A stretch of 64,000 bases of DNA from the human T2T-CHM13v2.0 reference genome, Homo sapiens, in NCBI RefSeq assembly GCF_009914755.1, contig NC_060948.1; one strand, 5' to 3'. The position numbers and the translations under genes were made by a program. Shown here one piece after another: positions 57,001 to 64,000 of the stretch. Under the pieces are notes generated by a model that was given only the letters and a program-made list of their open reading frames with translations, ran no database searches and was not told where the DNA came from. Position 1 is the first letter of the stretch. Each line of letters starts with the position of its first letter.

Positions 57001-60000
57001 TAGCTCACATTTCATTGATGATTATAAAACATTTCATTTCATTCCATTCCATTCCATTCCATTCCATTCCATTCCATTCCATTCCATTCCATTCCATTCC
57101 ACTGCACTCTGATCCACTCTACTTGAATCCACTCCACTCCACTCTATTCCTTTCCATTCCAATCCGTTCAATTCCGTTCCATTCCACTCCACCCAGCTCT
57201 GTTCCATTCCACTTAATTCCACTCCACTCCTCTCCACTTCACTTAATTCCCATCCATTCCACTCCATTCCATTCTAATCTATTCCATTCCATTCCATTCC
57301 ATTCCATTCCATTCCATTCCATTCCGCTCCATTCCATTCCATTCCATTCCTTTCTTTTCCACTCCACTCCATTCCACTCCACTCCTCTCCACTCCACTAT
57401 CCTCCATTTCATTCCATTCCACTCCACTCCACTCCACTCCATTCCATTCCTTTCCATTCCATTCCACTGAACTCCCATCCACTCCGCTCAACTCCACTCC
57501 CCTCCACGCCACTCCAATTATTTCCTTTCCATTCCTTTCACTCCACTCTATTACATTCCATTCTATTGCTTTCCATTCTATTCCTTTATTGCGACAGTAT
57601 CTCACTCTGTCACTCAGAATGAAGTATAGTGGCCCTATCTCACCTCACATTTCATTCACAATTCAATTCCATTCCATACAATTCCATTGCATTGCATTCC
57701 ATTCCATTCCATTCTTTGCCATTTCACTCCACTCCACTCCATTGCACTCCACTCAATTCCATTCCATTCGACTCCACTCCACTATATTCCATTCCATTCC
57801 ATTCCATTCCATTTCCTTACAATCCATTCCATTAGACTGCACTCAGATCCAACCCATTCCACTTCACTCCGATCCTTTCTGTTTCACATTATTCCTTTCC
57901 ATTCTATTCCATTCCATTCCACTCCATTTCACTCCACTCCAGTCCAATCCACTCCATTCCATTCCATTCCATTTCATTCCACTGCATTCTGATCCACTCC
58001 ACTGAACTCCACTTCACTCTACTCCACTCCACTCCATTTCATTCTGTTCCATTCGAATCCATTCCTTTCCATTCCATTTCATTCCATTCCGCTCCACTCC
58101 ATTCCACTCCACTGAATTCCAATCCATTCTCTTCCTTTCCACTCCATTCCATTTCCTTCCATTCCGCTCCATTCCACTCCATTCCTCTCCAGTCCATTCC
58201 ACTCCTCTCCACTCCACCTAACTGCACTCCATTCCAATCTTTTCCATTCCACACCACTCCATTCCATTCGATTTTACTCCATTCCATTCCATTCTTTATT
58301 TCGGCTGGAACTCACTCTCTCACCCAGACTGGAGTCTAGTCCCACATTGTTATCTCACATTTCATTTCACCTTTCCATTGTATTGCATTGCATTCCATTC
58401 CATTCCATTGATTCCATTCCATTCAACTCAACTCCACTCCAAAGCACTCAACTCCACTCCACTTCACTCCACTCCACTCCATTCTGGTGCGTTCCGTTCC
58501 ATTACGTTCCATTCCATTCAATTCCGTTCCATTGTATTCCATTCCACTCCATTCCATTCTATTCCATTCCATGCCATTCCATTCAATTGCACTCCGATCC
58601 ACTCCACTCAACTCCATTCCTCTCCATTCCACTCCATTCTGTTCTATTCCATTCCATTCCATTGCTTTCCATTCCATTCCATTCCATTCCACTTTATCCC
58701 ATTCCACTCCATTCCACTGCACTCCACTCCAATCCACTCCACTCCACACCATTCCATTCTATTCCACTCCACCCCATTCCACTCCACTCAACTCAACTCC
58801 ACTCCATTCCACTCCACTCCGTTCCATTGTATTCCGTTCCGTTCCATTCTCTTCCATTCCACTCCATTCCATCTCTCCACTCAATTCCACTCCACTCCAA
58901 TTCACTCTGTGCAATTAAATTTCACTCCAGTCCACTTCCCTGGACCACGCTCCATTCCACACCACTCCATTATGTTCCATTCCTTTCCATTCCATTCCAT
59001 TCCATTCCACTCCATTGCATTCCACTCCACTCCATGACACTCCACTGCATTTCACCCAATCCCTCCATTCCACTCCACTCATCTCCATTCCATTCAACTT
59101 CACTCCTTTCCATTTTGTTCCATTCCATTGTGTTCCATTCCATTCCACTCCATTTCATTCCACTCTACTCCATGTCACTCCACTCCATTTCACCCATTCC
59201 CTCCATTGCACTCCACTCATTTCCATTCCATTCCACTTCACTCCTTTCCATTCTTTTCCATTCCATTCTATTCCATTCCACTCCCCCCCATTCCACTCCA
59301 CGCCACTCCATTCCAATCCATTCCATTCCACTCCACAACTTTCCATTGTATTTTAATTTATTCCATTCCATTCCTTTATTTCGACTGGAATTCACAATCT
59401 CACCCAGACTGGAGTGTAGTGGAACATTCATAGCTCACATTTCATTTCACCCTTTCATTCTATTCCATTCCATTCCATTCCATTCCATTCCATTCCATTC
59501 CATTCCATTCCACTCCATTCCATTCCATTCCATTCCACTCCATTCCATTCTATTGCTCTCACGTCCACTCCACTCTACTCAAGTCCACTTCACTTCACTC
59601 CACTCACCTCCATTCCAGTGAGCTCCATGCCTTTCCGTCCCATTCTATTCCATTCCATTCTATTCCAAACCATATAATTGCATTCCATTCTGTTGCATTC
59701 CATTCCATTCCATTCCATTCACTCCTTTCCATTCCACGCCATTCCACTCTATTCCACTCTGCTCCAATTTACTCCACTCCATTTCATTCCACTCCATTCC
59801 ACTCCAATCCACTCCATTCCATTCCATTCCATTCCATCCCATTCCATTCCATTCCAGTGCACTCCGATCCACTTCACTCAAATCCATTCCACTCCACTCC
59901 ACTCTGTTTCATTCTGTTCCATTCCATTCCTTTCCATTCCGTACCATTAAACTCCATTCCATTTCACTCCACTCCATTTGAACCCATTCTCTTCCATTCC

Positions 60001-63000
60001 ACTCCAATCAGTTTCATTCAATTCCACTCCATTCCTCTACAGTCTATTCTACTCCACTCCATTCCACCCTAATACACTCCATTCCAATCTCTTCACTTCC
60101 ACTCCACTCCATTCCATTCGATTTTTCTCCATTCCATTTAATTCTTTATTTCGACTGGAACTCACTTTCTTATCCAGACTGGAGTACAGTGGCACATTGT
60201 TAGCTCACATTACACTTCACCTTTCCATTCCATTCCTTTCCATTCCATTCCATTCAATTCCATTGTGTTCCATTCCATTCCATTCCATTGCATTCCACTC
60301 AACTCCACTCCGCTGCACTCAGCTCCACTCCACTCCACTCCACTCCATTCTGGTTCCTTCCATTCCGTTCCTTTCCTTTCCATTCCATTCGGTTCCATTG
60401 CATTCCATTCTACTCTATTCAATTCCATGCCGTTCCATTCCACTGCACTCCGATCCACTCTGCTCAACTCAACTCCACTCAATTCCACTCCATTCCAATC
60501 CATTCCATTTCATTCCATTGCATTCCATTCCTTTCCATTCCACTCTACTCTATTCCATTCCACTCCATTACACTCCATCCCACTTCACTCCACTCCAATC
60601 AACTCCATCCCACTCCATTCTATTCCTTTCTATTCCACTGTACTCCAATCCACTCGACTCAATGCAAATTCGCTCCATTCCACTCTACTCCTTTCCATTT
60701 CATTCCGTTCCATTCTGTTCTCTTCCATTCAATTCCATTCCATTCATCTCCACTCAATTCCTCTCCACTCCAACTCACTACATGCCATTAAATTCCACTC
60801 CACTCCACTTCCCTCAACTCCACTCCATTCCACTCCACTACTTTAGGTTCCATTCCTTTCCTTTCCATTCCATTTGATTCCACTCCATTGCATTCTACCT
60901 GACTCCATTCCACTCCACTCCATTTCAATACATTCCACTCCACTCATCTCCATTCCCTTCCACTCCACTCCTTCCCATTCCACTCCATTCCATTCCATTC
61001 CATTCCACTGCACTCCATTCCATTCCACTCCATTCCATTCCATTCTATTTTACTCCATTCCATTCCATTCCTTTATTTCGATTGGAACTCACTGTCTCAC
61101 CCAGACTGGAGTGCAGTGGTACATTCTTAGTTCACATTTCATTTCACCCTTCCATTCCATTCCATTCCATTCCATTCCACGCCACTCCACTCCACTCCTC
61201 TCCATTCCATTCCATTCCATTCCATTCCATTCCATTCCATTCCATTCCATTCCATTCTATTCAATTTCGTTCCATTCCGTTCCGTTCCATTCCGTTCCAT
61301 TCCATTACATTCCATTCCATTGCACTCAACTCCACTTCACTCCACTCAACTCAACTCCAATTCACTCCACTCCATTCCATTCTGGTGTGCTCCATTCCAT
61401 TCCGTTCCACTCCATTCTATTCCGTTCTATTCTATTCAAATCTGTTCAATTGCATTCCATTCTTTTACATCACATTCCATTCCAATCCACTCCATTCCAT
61501 TCCACTCCCTTCCAATCCAATCCACTCCACTCGATTCCACTCCACTCCATTTCACTGCACTCCACTCCAATCCAATCCATTCCATTCCACTCCATTCCAT
61601 TCCACTGCACTCCAATCCACTCCACTCAACTCCACTCCACTCCACTCATCTCTGTTTCATTCCGTTCCATTCCATTCCATTCCATTCCATTCCATTCCAT
61701 TCCATTACTGTCCATTCCATTCCACTCCACTCCCTTCCACTCCACTATTTCTGATGCCATTCACCTCCATTCCCCTCCACTCCAGTCCACTCCACTCAAA
61801 TCAACTCCATTCCATTCCATTCCACTACATTCCATTCCATTCCACTACATTCCACTTTATTCCAATCCACTCCATACCACTCCACTCCATTCATCTCCAC
61901 TCCACTCCATTCCTCTCCACTCCACTCCATTACACTCCATTCCATTCCACTGCACACTATTCCATTCCATTCTACTCCACTCCATTCCATTCCTTTATTT
62001 CAACAGATCTCACTCTGTCACTTTTAATGAAGTGCAGTAGCACAATCTTAGCTCACATTTCATTTCACCATTCTATTCCATTTAATTCCATTGAACTCCA
62101 TTCCATTCCATTCCACTCTAATACACTCAGCTAAACTCCACTGCATTCCATTCCATTCCATTGTGTTCCATTCCACTGGACTCTGATCCACTCCACTCAA
62201 CTCCAGTACACTCCACCCCACTTCACTCTATTCCATTTTGTCTTTTCCGATAGTTTCCGTTCCTTTCCTCTCAGTTCCATTCCAGTCCACTGCATTCCAC
62301 TCCACTCCACTGCACTCCATTCCACTCCAATCCACTCCATTCCATTCTACTCCATTGCATTCAACTCCATTCCATTCCATTCCACTCCATTCCACTCCTC
62401 TCCATCTCCCTCATCTCCATTCCACTGCACTCTGCTCCACTCCATTCCATTCCATTCCATTCCACTCCATTCCATTCCAGTCCACTCCACTCCACTCTCC
62501 TCAACTACATTCCACTCCACTCCATTCCCATCCACTACATTCCACTGCATTCCATTCCATTCCACTCCACTCCATTCCATTCCTTTCTACTTGATTCCAT
62601 TCCATTACTTTATTTCGACTGGATCTCACTCTGTCACCCAAACTGGAGTGCTGTGGTACAATCTCAGCTAACATTTCCTTTCACATTTCCATTCTATTTC
62701 ATTCCATTCAATTGCATTACATTCCATTCAATTGCATTCCATTCCATTCGACTCCACTGCATTCCCCTCCACTCTACTCCACTCCTCTGAATTCCATTCC
62801 ACTCCACTCCATTCCACTCCATTCCATTCCATTCTACTACATTCCATTCCATTACATTCCACTGCATTCCACTCCGTTCCACTCCACTCCTCTCCACTGT
62901 ACTCCACTCCATTCCATTCCACTCCACTCCATTCCATTCCACTCTATTCCATTCAAATCCATTCCACTCCACTCCACTCCATTCCATTCCACCCCACTCC

Positions 63001-64000
63001 TACTTGACTCCACTCTATTCCATTCTCTACCATTCCATTCCACAACACTCCATTCCATTCCACACCACTCCACTAATCTCCACTCCACTCCACTGCATTC
63101 CATTCCATTCCACTCCACTCCACTCCAATCCATTCCATTCCATTCCTGTGCACTCTAATAAAATCCACTGAACTCCATTTCACTCCAGTCCATATCACTT
63201 TGTTCCATTCCATTCCATTCCATTCCATTCCATTCCATTCCATTCCATTCCATTCCACTGCACTCCATTCCATTCCATTCCACTCCACCCGACTCGACTC
63301 CACTCAAATCCACTCCAATCCAATCCACTCCACTCTACTCCATTCCATTCCATTCCACTGCATTCCATTGCACACCATTCCATTTCACACGACTCCAGTC
63401 CATTCCACTTCAATCCATTCCTTTCCATTCCACCTCACTCCACTCCATTCCTATCCATTCCATTCCATTCCTTTCCATTCCATTCCATTCCATTGCACTC
63501 CACTCCATTCCATTCCACTCTATTCCATTCAAATCCTCTCCACTCCACTCTGTTCCATTCCACCCCACTCCTACTTGACTCCACTCTATTCCATTCTCTA
63601 CCATTCCATTCCATAACACTCCATTCCATTCCACTCCAATCCACTAACCTCCACTCCACTCCACTCCACTCCACTGCATTCCATTCCATTCCACTCCACT
63701 CCACTCCATTCCATTCCATTCCATTCCTGTGCACTGTGATAAAATCCACTCAACTCCATTTCACTCCAGTCCATATCACTCTCTTCCCTTCCATTCCATT
63801 ACATTCCTATCCATTCCATTTCATTCCATTCCTTTCCCCTGCACTCCATTCTATTCCATTCCACTCTACCCCACTCGACTCCACTCAAATCAACTCCAAT
63901 GCAATCCACCCCACTCTACTCCATTCCCTTCCACTCCACTGCATTCCGTTGCACACCATTCCATTTCACACGACTCCACTCCTTTCCACTTCAATCCATT
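54050..64000 (+). repeat. Cassette-sparse, more diverged satellite domain without a long-range duplicate in this window
   Basis: Cassettes only at ~54154 (degenerate), 54446, 54766, 56451, 56953, 57593, 58303, 59383, 60153, 61080, 62002 and 62617, mostly of the 'ctttatttcgactgga' type. Confidence 0.75.
62860..64000 (+). repeat. Local tandem duplication of a ~0.58 kb cassette-free unit
   Basis: 'caccccactcctacttgactccactctattccattctctacc' at ~62990 and ~63561; 'cctgtgcact..ataaaatccact' at ~63145 and ~63726. Confidence 0.85.

Larger units (their letters stand above)
1..62672 (-). mobile_element. Array of ~165 interspersed ~56-bp Alu 3'-end fragments (non-autonomous, amplified as part of the satellite)
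   Basis: The recurrent motif GACAGGATCTCACTCTGTCACCCAGGCTGGAGTGCAGTGGCACAATCTCAGCTCAC aligns without gaps to the antisense Alu 3' end (GAGACGGAGTCTCGCTCTGTCGCCCAGGCTGGAGTGCAGTGGCGCGATCTCGGCTCAC) with CpG decay. Example starts: 379, 992, 1935, 3430, 4646, 7951, 14974, 18487, 25761, 36048, 44031, 52005, 62617. Confidence 0.92.
1..64000 (+). repeat. Satellite III (HSat3)-type diverged (CATTC)n/(CACTC)n pentamer array, i.e. (GGAAT)n on the - strand
   Basis: ATTCC/ACTCC pentamers dominate every line. Near-pure tracts occur at e.g. 5400-5470, 14222-14280, 17287-17362 and 28905-28975. The + strand is almost G-free outside the cassettes. The pentamer is the established satellite III core. Subfamily and chromosome cannot be determined by eye. 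Confidence 0.95.

Noticed and set aside
379-62672. CRISPR-like repeat-spacer appearance
   Set aside because: The repeat is Alu-derived and diverged, the spacers are low-complexity satellite of widely variable length, and there are no cas genes or leader. The context is primate heterochromatin.
1-62672. Full-length or active Alu / 7SL RNA gene, or many independent Alu insertions
   Set aside because: Only the last ~56 nt are present, with no left arm, Pol III A/B boxes or poly(A) tail. Identical breakpoints indicate co-amplification.
63156-63163. AATAAA polyadenylation-like hexamer
   Set aside because: It is a single hit with no associated gene, and the duplicate copy near 63737 reads GATAAA.
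145-63749. Hundreds of ORFs up to ~640 aa (e.g. 2976-4877, 15983-17749, 29067-30980) encoding HSIPF/HSTPL or MEWNG/VEWSG repeats
   Set aside because: (CATTC)n has no stop codon in any frame, so long overlapping ORFs on both strands are expected. Paralogous segments do not keep frame, and the non-repeat peptides (e.g. SHSVTQAGVQWHNLSS) are standard Alu translations.
1-64000. HSat2, alpha satellite or telomeric repeat assignment
   Set aside because: No recurring HSat2-type CATTCGATGAT/ATTCCATTCG 23-26-bp units, no 171-bp monomer or CENP-B box, and no TTAGGG arrays were seen.
1-64000. Canonical heat-shock elements and G-quadruplexes
   Set aside because: GAA units are head-to-tail rather than the inverted nGAAn arrays of a canonical HSE, and G-runs are mostly two long. 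No specific site can be called from sequence.

Overview
The whole 64 kb window is primate (human-like) heterochromatic satellite DNA: a diverged (CATTC)n/(CACTC)n pentamer array of the satellite III / HSat3 type, C-rich on the + strand with no inversion. I see no credible protein-coding gene; the listed ORFs are read-through of the stop-free pentamer (HSIPF / MEWNG). The array is composite. About 165 copies (manual count) of a ~56-bp cassette, consensus GACAGGATCTCACTCTGTCAC(A/C)CAGGCTGGAGTGCAGTGGCACAATCTCAGCTCAC, punctuate it every ~0.1-1.7 kb. The cassette is the CpG-decayed 3' end of an Alu, sense on the - strand, always with the same breakpoints and orientation. Using cassette variants as barcodes reveals nested higher-order duplications (~0.15, ~0.55-0.67, ~1.3, ~3.2, ~12.3 and ~20-21 kb), chimeric units from unequal exchange, and a second cassette-sparse subfamily domain. 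All coordinates and alignments were read by eye, so duplication boundaries are approximate. I cannot assign a chromosome or HSat3 subfamily, nor confirm novelty, without a database search.
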